A stretch of DNA of 64,000 nucleotides from Camelus dromedarius (lineage: Eukaryota). The position numbers were made by a program, and so were the translations under genes. The stretch is from positions 98,520,001 through 98,584,000 of the forward strand of contig NC_087436.1 in assembly GCF_036321535.1 (NCBI RefSeq), given 5' to 3'. The notes below the pieces were generated by a model. The model was not told the DNA's origin and ran no database searches. It saw only the letters and a program-made list of their open reading frames with translations. This document shows positions 52,840 to 64,000 of the stretch, piece after piece. The first letter of the stretch is position 1. Every line of letters starts with the position of its first letter.

Positions 52840-55560
52840 TTTTTAAAATAAACTTTATTTTTAGAGCCATTTTAGATTCATGGCAATATTGACCAGAAGG
52901 CACAGACATTGTCCATATACTTCTTACCACCACACGTGAATAGTCTTCCTCCCTCACCAACATCCTCCACCAGAGTGGTACATTTGTTATAATTCATGAA
53001 CCTACATCAACACATAATTGTTACCCAAAGTCCATAGTAGGGCTCATTTTTGGTGTTGCATATTCTGTGGGTTTGGATTTACAATCACAGATATCCGTCA
53101 TTATAGCATCATACAGAGTATTTTCACTGCCCTAAAATTCCTTTGTGCTCTGCCTGTTCATCTTTCTCTCCCCACTAACCCACAGCAACCACTGATCTTT
53201 TTACTGTCTCCATAGTTTTGCCTTTTTCATTTAGACAGAATTATATACCACGAAGACTTTTCAAATTGGTTTCTTTCACTTAGTAATATGCATTTATGTT
53301 TCCGCCATGTCTTTTCATGGCTTAATAGCTCCTTTCTTTTCAGCACTGAATAGTATTTCATTCTCTGTACCACACTTTCTTTGTCCGTTTACCTACTGAA
53401 GGTAATCTTGGTTGCTTCCATGTTTTGGCAATTATGAATAAAGCTGCTATTAACATCTTTGTGCAGGTTTTGCGTGGACATAACATTTCAATGTCTTTAA
53501 GTAAATACCAATGAGTGCAATTGCTGGATTGTATGGTAAGAGTATGTTTAGTTTTGTAAAATACTGCCGAACGGTTTTCCAAAGTGGCTGTACCATTTCG
53601 CATTCTCATCAGTGATGAATGAGAATTCTTGTTGCTCCACATCCTCAGCAGCATTTGATGTTGTCAGTGTTCTGGATTTTGGCCATTCTAATAGGTGTGT
53701 AGTGATATCTCATTTTCATTTGCATTTTCTGATGATGTATAATGCGGAGTATCTTTTAATATTCATATTCACCATCTACGTATTTTCATCAGTGAGTCGT
53801 CTGTAGAAGTCTTTGGCTCATTTTTTGATTGAGCTATTTGTTTTCTTATTGCTTAGTTTTATGAGTTTTTGTATATTTGGGGTAACAGTCCTTTATCAGA
53901 TATGTCTTTTGCAATTATCTCCTCCCTGTCTTTATTCTCTTTCCCAGAGCAGAAGTTTTTAATTTTAAGCAACTCCAGCTTATCAATTTTTTTCTTTCAT
54001 GAATTGTGTCTTTGGTGTATCTAAAAAGTCATCTCCAAATCCAAAATCATCTAAATTTTCTCCTATGTTACTATCTAGGAGTTTTATAGTTTTGCATTCT
54101 ACATTTAGATCTGTGTTTTGTTTTGAGTTAATTTTTGTGAAGGATGTGAGATCTTGTATAGATTTTATGTTTTGCATGTGAATGTACACGTGTTCCAGTA
54201 CCATTGGTTGGAAAGATTATCTTTGCTGCATTGTATTGTCTTTGCTTCCTTGCCAAATATCAGTTGACTATATTTATGGAGATCTATTTATGCTTTCCTC
54301 TTTTGTCCCATTGATCTATTTGCCTATTCTTTTCCCAATACCACACTGGCTTATTACTGTAGCTTTATAATAAGTATTGAAGTTGGGTAGTGTCAGACCT
54401 CCAACTTTGCTCTTGTCCTTCAATATTATGTTGCTATTTTGGGTCTTTTTTCCATGTAAATTGTAGAATAAATTTGTCAACATCCATTAAATAATTTGCT
54501 ATGGTTTTGATTCAGTTTCACCAAGCATGTAGATTAAGCTAGGGAGAGCTGACATTTTGACAATATTGAATCTGCCTATCCATAAACATGAACTATATTT
54601 TCATTCATTCAGAACTTTTTTGATTTATTTCATCAGAGTTTTATAGTTTTTCTCATATAGATCTTGTATATATTTTGTTAGATTTAACCTGAACATTTCA
54701 TTTTTTTGTTGCTAAGGTAAAGTATATTGTGTTTTTAATTTCAAATTCTACTTGTTCATTGCTGGTGTATTGGAAAACAATTGACTTTTGTATATTAACA
54801 GTATATCCTCCAACCTTTCTATAATGGCTTATGAGTTCCAAGGCTTTCTTTTTGTTGAATCTTTTCATATTTTCTGCATGGACAGTCATGTCATTTGCAA
54901 ACAAAGACAATTTTATTTCTTTCTTCCCAGTCCATATACCTTTTATTTACTTGTCCTGTTTAACTGCATTAATATTGACTTCTGGTGCAATACTGAAAAG
55001 CAGTGATGAGAGAGGACATCTTTACCTTATTCCTGATTTTGATGAGAAAGCTTTGAGTTTCTCACAGTTAAGTGTAGTTTGCCCTTGAACAACATGGATT
55101 TGTGTAGGTCCACCGGTGTATAGATTTTTTTCAATAAATATGTACTACAATACTGCATGATCCACAATTGTTTGGATCCGTGGATGTGGAACTATGGATA
55201 TGGAGGGCCAAATGTAAAGTTATAGACAGATTTTTCAACTGCAAGGGAAGTTGGCGCCTCTATCCCCTGAGTTGTTCAAGGGTACACTGTTAGCTGAGGC
55301 CTTTTTTAGATATTCTTTATCAAGTTGAAGAAGGCCTCCTTTATTCTTGGTTTACTGAGAGTTTTTGTCATGAACGAGTGTTAGAGTTTTCAAATTTTTT
55401 TCCTGCATCTATTAATAAGATAGCACGATTTTTCTTCTTTAGCTTTTTGATATGGTAGATTACATTAATTGAATTTTGAATGTTGAACCAGTATTGCAAT
55501 TGAGATAACTATGCCTGGCCATGACATATAATTTGTTTTATATATGTTACATGCTATTGA
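52840..55560 (-). mobile_element. Old L1 (L1MC1-like): ~2.5 kb of ORF2 3' half and a complete 3' UTR
   Basis: 3' end aaataaactttatttttagagccattttagattca...ccaccagagtggtacatttgtt. ORF2 remnants [21 protein letters not shown] and SLFANDM. Confidence 0.92.
55075..55289. mobile_element. Tigger2-related (TcMar) MITE nested in the L1
   Basis: TIRs tagtttgcccttgaacaac ... gttgttcaagggtacactg (compare CAGTTGACCCTTGAACAAC). L1 sequence resumes on both sides. Confidence 0.85.
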
Positions 55561-55869
55561 CCACACACCAAGCTCAAAAACAGCAGGGTTCTGATATGTC
55601 CCTTTTCTGTCCCTCAATAAATACATATCCTCTCTCTGCAACAAAACTAGGGATAACAAAAAATATATATAATCTAAATGTAATTAAATATTTTTAATAA
55701 TTATATTATATTTAATGTAATTAAGTAAACTTGTTAATAGAAATATAATTATGAATATATATTATTATATATAGTTTACAGATATAATTTCATATATGTA
55801 TAAATATATACATATATGAAGATAGCCATGTGCTTTGTACTTTGGTTATTGTGATAATCATACAAATAA

Positions 55870-56212
55870 TAATAATTATAACTAAAGCTTATCAAATCAT
55901 GTTGGTCTGGATTGTTTTGAGAACATAATATAGAGGAATTAGTTTAATATCAACAGGAAAGCAGAGTTAGACATACTCATCTATATAATTACAAAATACA
56001 TATAATATAAAGTTATAATATAAAATATATACATAATAAATAAGACATATAGTTATTATTTTCATATTACCCATGAGGAAACTGAGGCACATAGAGGATC
56101 TATTTCTTGTCCAAGGTGAATCAGTTGGTAAGTGATAGGGCTGGGAACTGAATTTTACAAACTTGACCTCAGAGTTGATGCTTTTACATACTGTACTGCA
56201 CTGCCTCTCTGA
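55870..56212 (-). mobile_element. MIR SINE with an AT-rich expansion
   Basis: cattacccatgaggaaactgaggcacatagagg...cttgtccaagg...ttggtaagtgatagggctggga. Confidence 0.75.
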
Positions 56213-56799
56213 AAACATCATGTTAAAATTTACAAAGCAAAGATTGAATTCTTCAAATCTAAAGCCATAAAGGAACTGTAAACATTTCCATATATAAGAT
56301 AAATTCCTTAGTTTGTGTGTTTCTAGATGGAATATTTAAGACCACTGAACTTTCCCTATATGAAGAAAAGATATTTATCCTACTGTAATATGGATGTATT
56401 TCTCTGTAAAAAGTGTTACTGCTTTTAAAATAACAGATGGAAAGAAAAAAAATACAGGAGAACTTAGGCATTGAAAGACATTTTAATAAAATGTATGGTC
56501 TGTATAGAGCAGATTGCATATAGAGTTATGTTTATGAAGAACATCATCTTAGGTTCAATAAATCTACAAGGAAATGTGGTAGTTGCTGTTTCTTTTAAAT
56601 TCAGAGCAGCCCCTAAGTTATGTGGGTGCCCTGAAGAAAAATAGAATTAATTATATTACATAATTAGCCTGCTCTGTTTTCCTGAAGCAGCTAAGAAAAA
56701 CTCCTTTAGCCTGTATGTAAATGCAATCAGATCTTTAGAAAAGGCTAGAACTGCAGGCCCTTTATATTTCCTTTTTGGTGGGAGGCATCATATTTGAGT

Positions 56800-56935
56800 G
56801 GGAATAACCACAAGAACAGGATTTTGGAGACATGGATTCTCGTGTTTATCATGTTGCCGACAACTAATTTCAGTAAATTTTTTGGACCCCAGTTTCTTCA
56901 TCTGGGTAACAAAAGCAATGAACAATTTCACCTCC
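56800..56935 (+). mobile_element. MIR SINE fragment
   Basis: aagaacaggattttggagac...ggaccccagtttcttcatctgggtaac. Confidence 0.55.
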
Positions 56936-57954
56936 ATGCCCTCTTCCAATTTAAATATTCCAAAATCAACTGTTTGCAATAAATGTTTGCAATAATGGAG
57001 AGGACATAAAAGAACATAATTTTAAAAGTTTATACAAATCCTGGCTATATACAGTTGTGCATGGATGACATTTTATCCCCTCAGTTTCTCACAGCTTGTC
57101 AACATAGGAAGACCTAGAGATACTACTAATGCTAATGAAGTGTTAAGAAGCTTATTCGTATTGCTTTGTTTTATGTCTGTTATAGCAGATTTTAAGAAAA
57201 AGGGGTGATACTTAAAAACATATTGTTACATTAAATAGAAATGACAGGTAACTTTATAAAATGCCAATTGGAGTTAATTAGTTTATTGATTTATCTAAAA
57301 CATATTGTTTACATAAAAGTGTTTAGTATCCTGTCAGTGCGTATAAATCTTTGCTCTAGTTCACAATTTTATTTTAATTTTAACATTTGGATAAAATGTG
57401 AACTTGTTTGCAGATGCCTGGGGACTTACTGAATCAAAGACAAAAATTCTCCAGATTACAGTAAATGAAACTATGTTCTAAATTTTATATAGTCATACTT
57501 TCTGTGTATCCATAGCCAAGAACATCTCTTCTAAACATGCTTTAAGTTTTGATTTCTATTTCACAATTGGAAAAACTGAGATATAAAATAATTTAAACAA
57601 TGTAATCAAACAGTTTTATAAATCTTAGCCATAGCATATGCTTTTAGTCTCTGTGAATAGAATTCCCTGGAATTGTACAGTGCCCAAACTATGCAATCCT
57701 ACCCAGTATCACTGAACATAGAAGAGGTCTACAAATAAAGATATTCTTTGAAAATAAATGATAAGTGTACTAACTCTATTTTCTAGACATGTTGGCTGAT
57801 GGGCAGTCTAAAATTTGAATCCTTAAAGGAAAAGTAAGATTTGTGGGAAAATAATTACTGAGACTCCTTCTCAACCACCACAACAACAAAAATAGATTAG
57901 TGAGTAGGGACAAAGGATTAATAAGATTAATCCATTTGGGGGTTACCACTTTAA

Positions 57955-58540
57955 ATCTATCACGTTAAAAACACGAGTTTAAAAAGATACGTGCACCCTG
58001 ATGCTTACTGTAGCATTCTTTACAATTGCCAAGATGTGGAAGAAACCTAAGTGACTATCAATAGATGAATGGATAAAGAAGATATAGTGTATATATACAA
58101 TAGAACATTACTAAGCCATAAAAATGCTGCCATTTGTGACAACCTGGATGGATCTAGAGGGTATTATGCTAAATGAAATAAGTCAGAGAAAGACAAATAT
58201 TGTATGATCTCACTTATATGTGGAATCTAAAAAACAAACAAAACAAAACAAAAAAAAACCAGACTCATAAATACAAAGAACAACTGTGTCGTTGTCAGAG
58301 GGTCTAGGGGTGGGAAGATGGACAAAATAGGTGAAGGGGTTTAAGAAGTACAAACCTTCAGTCATAAAATAAATAAGCCATGGGATTATTATACAGCATA
58401 AGGAATGTGCTCAATAATATTATAATAATGTATGGAGACAGATGATTACCAGATTTATTGTGATAATCATTTCATAATATATGCAAATGTAGTACACCTG
58501 CAGCTAACATAATATTGAATGATAACTGTATTTATGAAAA
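57955..58540 (+). mobile_element. 5'-truncated L1 3' end of intermediate age
   Basis: aaagatacgtgcaccctgatg...ggataaagaagat...ctcacttatatgtggaatctaa, homologous to 5000-5330, followed by a different, older 3' UTR. Confidence 0.88.
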
Positions 58541-59423
58541 CAATTTTGGGACTTACATACTTCCATTATAAAAATGAAGTGAAACATAGCAGTTAAGCAT
58601 CTTGGCCAAGGTACAGCCAATGAAGTAGCAATGATTGTGTTGAAGTGGAAGAGCTGGGATTCAAGTCTTTTCTTCTAATTTCAAGCTCCAGTAATTTCAC
58701 CCTTCTGTGCCTCCTGTAGTGACTTAGAGAGTTTACTAATTTGATTATAAATATTATTATTTTATGACTACTCATTTGATACATATTATCTTTGAATACA
58801 GATTTTTTAAATTGACCAATAGTTAATTCAGTGTTATCTACTAAATTCCAAATGTCTTAATAAAGATTAAAACATTTTTCTCAAACAATTTTCTATAGAA
58901 AATGGCAAGAACTTTTTTTTTTGTAGATTTGGGAACAGAACATGTGGAACAGAAACAAGATTAGTTTTCCTAGAGTAGACAGAGCTTAAAAAATAAATTA
59001 TTTTTAACTCAATAGCAAAAAAAAAAATCAGTAGTTTTTATTTTATTTTGAGAAATAAGGATTTTTAATTAAAAAAACATAAATACAAAATATAAACAAT
59101 ATGCCTTATTTCAAAAACAGTATAGGGAAGTCAAATTGGACACTGACACATGGATAAAGACTATTTTGAGAATCACTTAAAGGAGACTATTTTAAAAAAA
59201 TAAAAGTTGTACTGCATCAGAAAATGATTCTTTGTATAATAGCAAAAGCGGTAGAGAAAAAAGATAGAATCTTGACTAAAATCTGATGGAAAAATTTATG
59301 TTTCTTTTGAGTTCTCTAAAGGTCTTTGGAAGGATTTATTGATCTGCACTCATAGTAGAATAAGAAAAAAGTTTTATAATACTATGCGATGATACCCTGA
59401 TCCCTTGGCTCATATATTATAGA

Positions 59424-59632
59424 AAGTACTGGCCAATAAAACTGTCTACAATGATAAGGATGTCCTACTTATGCTTTGTCCAATACAGTAACCACTAATC
59501 ACTTGTGCTATTGAGCATTGAAATTGGGCTAGTATTACTAAGGAAATAATATTTAATATTATCTATCTTATTAATTGGAAGTTAAACTTAAGGAGCCTTG
59601 CGTGACTAGTAGCTGCCATATTGACAGTGCAG
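59424..59632. mobile_element. MER3-like hAT-Charlie MITE
   Basis: tgtccaatacagtaaccactaatcacttgtgctattgagcattgaaattgggctagt...gactagtagctgccatattgacagtgcag follows the MER3 consensus. Length ~209 bp. Confidence 0.85.
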
Positions 59633-60551
59633 TTTAGAAATAAGCAATCACTGCATATTTTATCCTAAACACCAGCACGCACAGCAATGGCAAAGAATGC
59701 TGGCTGTTCCACTGAGAACACTAAGGCAAGCATGTTTAGTCAAGTGCTGCTGTCAAGGGGTAAAAAATGTCCGGCTAGACTCTTAAGTTGAGTGAGGGCT
59801 GGTGTAATGGCTCTTTCTTAGCAACGTTTGTGCAGTTGCTTACGTAGTGCCTAATACAGGGCTGAAACAGAAAACTATTTCTGAATGAAGAATCAGAGAA
59901 AAAATACTAATTAAATAAGTGACAACAGAATTTATCTTAAGTGAGAAAAGTGTCTTTGTTTGGCAACACAAGAAAAAAAAATCACTGTAATATGTATTTT
60001 TTCCTATGGAAAGAAAATCTTATCCAAGTCAAAATAATATAAAACAGCAAAAGAAAACATGAATATAAAATGGGAAAAACTGAATGAAAATAATAATGAT
60101 GCATATGGTTTTAAGGAGGAATAGGGGTTACCCAAATAGGAAGTTTCTAGTGAGAAATTCCCAGAAGAGGAGAGTCAGCCAAAGGTCAAAGGATGCTGGA
60201 GTTAATAAGGAAAAGTTACGGTTAATGTGAATATATATGACACATTTTATCCTGAAATTCACCAGAATGGGTCCAAATATTGAATGCATGTGTATGCATG
60301 TGAGTCATTTGCCTATATTGTTTTTATGTTTGGTCTGTTACTTTTTACTACATTCTTCAAAGATGGTATTTTCCTACACATGCATGTACATACAGACCTT
60401 ACCTATAACAGCAGAGAGAGATTTAGATAAAGAGGGAGAGAGGGAGAGAAATAAATATATAGTTATGTATGTAAACATATTTCATATTTATATATGAAAA
60501 GCACATAAATGATAAACAGAAAGTTTATGATAGACTAGAACACTATACACT

Positions 60552-60993
60552 TCAGCACCAAGCCTGACTACTGGGGGAGTAATTTTTCTTTCCCCTGAAA
60601 TGTCTAATGTCTTTCATTAATTTTGGTCTAATTTCCACTGTACTGACATTCACAGTTGGTAGTTCTGGGTTGTTGCTCCTTTCTAGTTTCATGATAGAAT
60701 ATATAGATACATATATAAAATATATTTTCTCATATATTCTATCTGCCTTCTAGTTTCATGAAGAATAGATGTACATACATATGTAAATATATCATTATAT
60801 ATTCTGTAATATATAGTGCATAATTTCTATCATGAATAGAATGAAACCTGAAGACAGAAACTACTGACCATGAATACCAGTACAGTAGAATTTTGTACTG
60901 GAATTAACCAAAATTGACTAAATTAAGGCAGTACGTTGTACATTTTAGGGAAAAGTTAAAATTCACTTTCTCAGATATTTGGCTCAGTGCTGA
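60552..60993. repeat. Long imperfect inverted repeat (arms 60552-60700 and 60824-60993) around an AT-rich duplicated loop
   Basis: Arms are collinear in reverse complement: tcagcac..agcc, ttt(t/c)ccct(a/g)aaatgt, aattttggt, actgtactg..attca, ttcatgatagaa. Confidence 0.8.
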
Positions 60994-63419
60994 TTCATCA
61001 CCTGAAACTAAATGAGAGAGACCTTCCAGAAGATTACCTTTCTGTTTTACTCCCATGATGCATTTATGTCCCACAGACCATCTTTGAAAGTAAACAGGGA
61101 CCTACTTTACCCCATAATTAAAACAATGCCCATTTACTTTCACATGAAGAACAGGAAGATAAAGAAAAAACTAATCTATTTAAAATCTGTTGCCAAAAAA
61201 TTGGTGCATTTTGTAATTCCAAACATGGACTATGGAGATTAAAATCAACACTTTTATTTAGGTCCACAGAGATGTTAGCCATCATGTAATTGCCCTTTTC
61301 AGAACATGGAAAATGCTAGAATAAGATTCTATCTGACACAAATGAAAATTCATTGCATTGCACTTTACTATCTAGTATGTATTCATGAGTTTATTATCTT
61401 CAGGGTAAATTTTATACCCATGTAATGTTCCCAGCAATACTTCCTGCATTAATTTGGAAATAAAAAGTAGGTGTATCTGAGGGTATGCATAATCTCCTTG
61501 TTAAACACAAATTTTGTAGAATTTAATAAAAACTATTTATTCTATTCAGGACAAAAGTGGGTCATTAGAAATTGCCAGTTATTTTGTATATGCCTGATGT
61601 ATTTTATTCATTTAAAAATTCACCTCTTTCAGATATAAACACGCACTTTCTTTACCACTCATCAACAGATTAGAAAAGCATGAATTATGAGACATATAAC
61701 TTCACTTTTTTTGTTTCTCATGCAAAAGACATTTGGAATCCTTCTTCTTTGTTGACCTTGTTCTAGCTCTGTGTCGTGGCATTTGTGATGTACATTTCTC
61801 TAACCTTATTACTCACTTTTTCTCAACCTAATCTTGTTAGAATCACTTAGCTGTCTCCAGCAGAGCTTACCTCTTCAGTCTCCTTCCACAATTTTTAACC
61901 TCTGCCTGGAATGTTCATTCTACCCTGGTCTAACCAACTTAGACACATCCTGCTGTGTGAAATTTCTCTAATATTGACCCACCACCAGCTTTGCTGACTT
62001 CTTTTTTCTAACACAGTGCTGTATACACATATATACGTTTATCTCTTTAAGTATCTGTAGGATCCTTAAGGGCCTATGGTATCTACAGCTTGCTATAAAG
62101 ATTTGCACACAATATAAATCTGATAAATATGATGAAAGAATGAAGAATATGGGTATTTTTCTATCATAAAACTGGTTGTAAGATTCTTCTAAATGCTGCT
62201 AAACGAGTATCGATCCCTACCTAATCCCAGAAATGAGTTTAAAAAACTCATCACCTCCTGTGTATTTGGAAAAAAGCTTCTTGATCCTGTGGGATGGGAT
62301 GACTCTTAAGAGAGAGAAATAAACCACAGCATCATAGAATCCATACAGCAGGCAGATGAATAGTCATGGTACACAATGAAAGACTTAAATATGCATCCAG
62401 CATCTAAGCTGACTTGCCTGAACTTACAACCTGCATTTACATGGACAGCCTTATAGTTACTCTGTGTCACAGCAGATGGCTTGGTTTTTACATATGCAGA
62501 ATTATATCTAACCCACTCATAAAACCTTTTAAACATTAAACAATAGTAGCAAGATGAATGTGGAAAAACATTAAAAACAAAAGGAAATGGTAAGTTGTTT
62601 CTAAACATTCTGCAATCAGATCAGAACAATTCTAAGTTTGTGATTTCTACTCTCGAAAGGCATTCTAAATTTGTCCTTGCTGAGCCAAGATACCAATTAT
62701 TAATATTTTAATTTTTTCTAATTCTCTCCAACACAGGAGGAATTTTAGAATATTCAGTATCTTTTCTTTAAAGTAGGTGAAAATTTTAAATCACTATCTT
62801 CCACATTCTCCTACACAGTCACACAATGGGAATCACTTGGCCTTCCTCTGTCCTACACTTAACTTTACAGTGAATAGAAAATACAAAAATCTTCCACTAG
62901 TCTTAAAGCATCTGTTCTTTTGTGAGTTTTTACTACCTTCCAAATAAGTCAGCATTTTAGAAAATGCCATTCCTGATCATAACTTTGTTCTCTCTTGATG
63001 GGAGAAGACTGGATCCAAAGAGAAAATGAACCACAGAGTTGTTTTTGTGATGTATGAGAGCTACAAAAAGTGACTCCACACAACTGAAACAAAGGTTAAT
63101 TTTAATTTTTTAAAGAAAAAATCTACAATAATATTGTAGATAAAAAGAGATCAGAACTCAGGCATCTTTAAGGGAGAAAATATTTATACAACTTTTACGG
63201 AGGACAATTTGGATAAAGGGTTGTTGTTTTGCATAATCGCAAATCTGAAAATTTATCTTGTAATATTATATCCTCAGAATATAATAAAAGATGTGTAAAA
63301 TATTTTGTTGCCAGAATGTTCAGCACCGTGTTATTTTATTATGGCAAATATTTAGAACCACCAAGATAAATACAAATAGGTAACTGGTTAAATGAGTAAC
63401 ACATGCTTGAAATGCCATG

Positions 63420-63655
63420 AAGGTGTGTTGGTTATTAAGAGTGCATGTTCTGGAGTCACACTACGTGAGTGGAATCTTAATTTTGGTACTTTCTAAATAG
63501 GAGACTTCCAATTAGTTATACATTCTCTCCATGTCTCACTTCCTCCAAATGAGAAGTAGCAGTATTTACCTCTATAGTTAGTTATTAGCACTAAATAGGT
63601 TAACATGTTAACTTAGGAATAATGCCTAACATGTAATAAGTACTGCATTACTGTT
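63420..63655 (+). mobile_element. MIR SINE inserted within an ancient L1M 3' fragment (~63040-63900)
   Basis: attaagagtgcatgttctggagtcacact...ttaggaataatgcctaacatgtaataagtact. The flank ccagaatgttcagcaccgtgttattttattatggcaaat resembles the L1 ORF2 C-terminus. Confidence 0.65.
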
Positions 63656-64000
63656 AACTTTGGTTATGTAGCCAAATACATTAATTTTGTAGAAAACATA
63701 ATCACATGGAAAGATTTTCTGATAAAGGTGGAATACATATGATTTGGTCTTATCTAAACCAGACAATCGCCTTTATAGATCTAGCTCCTTTCATCTCAAA
63801 AACAAAAGTATAACTGATGAATAAATATTACATGAAAATAAATACTCAACATATTACTTTTAATAATATGTGATTTATAAATGGAGACAATAGATGAATA
63901 TCTATCTCCAGATTCATACATGTATTTATAAAAGCATTAGCCAAGCACAATATCCTTTGGCTGGTCTTTAATATTTTCTGCAGAATTCCCAACTGACTGA

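Noticed and set aside
55660..55820. AT-rich palindromic-looking stretch (also 17750-17840)
   Set aside because: Low-complexity TA sequence is self-complementary by composition.
62306..62608. 100-aa minus-strand ORF
   Set aside because: No recognisable domain and no convincing paired splice sites. This length is expected by chance in 64 kb.
1..64000. L1 strand bias indicating a host gene orientation
   Set aside because: L1 fragments occur on both strands in comparable numbers, so no host transcription direction can be inferred.
1..64000. CRISPR arrays, operons, retrons or other prokaryotic systems; CpG-island promoter
   Set aside because: The sequence is mammalian, with no repeat-spacer array or CpG island. 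The RT motifs are fully explained by L1 and ERV-L.

Overview
AT-rich, CpG-depleted mammalian nuclear DNA, intergenic or deep intronic. It is dominated by transposable elements, and I recognise no cellular protein-coding gene. Two tRNA-derived SINEs resembling camelid Vic-1, and no Alu, Bov-A/BovB, PRE-1 or Can-SINE, suggest a camelid (inference). Positions 1-5556 are a young LINE-1 whose 5' end lies outside the window. Its ORF1 has a nonsense codon and a homopolymer frameshift. Its ORF2 has one homopolymer frameshift, intact EN/RT/CCHC motifs and a YADD catalytic motif. A 5'-truncated sister copy with an 18-bp TSD lies inverted at 11213-12912. The rest is a layered record of older L1M, L2, MIR, MaLR/ERV-L LTRs, two degraded ERV-L internal segments (pol and gag, each interrupted by a nested LTR with a 5-bp TSD), and DNA-transposon MITEs. 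Less ordinary points: a ~440-bp foldback of unassigned family at 60552-60993, a TE-poor block at ~25.8-33.7 kb with enhancer-like motif clusters, and a few splice-site-bounded candidate exons. I found no convincing new biological system. Repeat subfamily names come from recalled consensus sequences and need RepeatMasker/Dfam confirmation.
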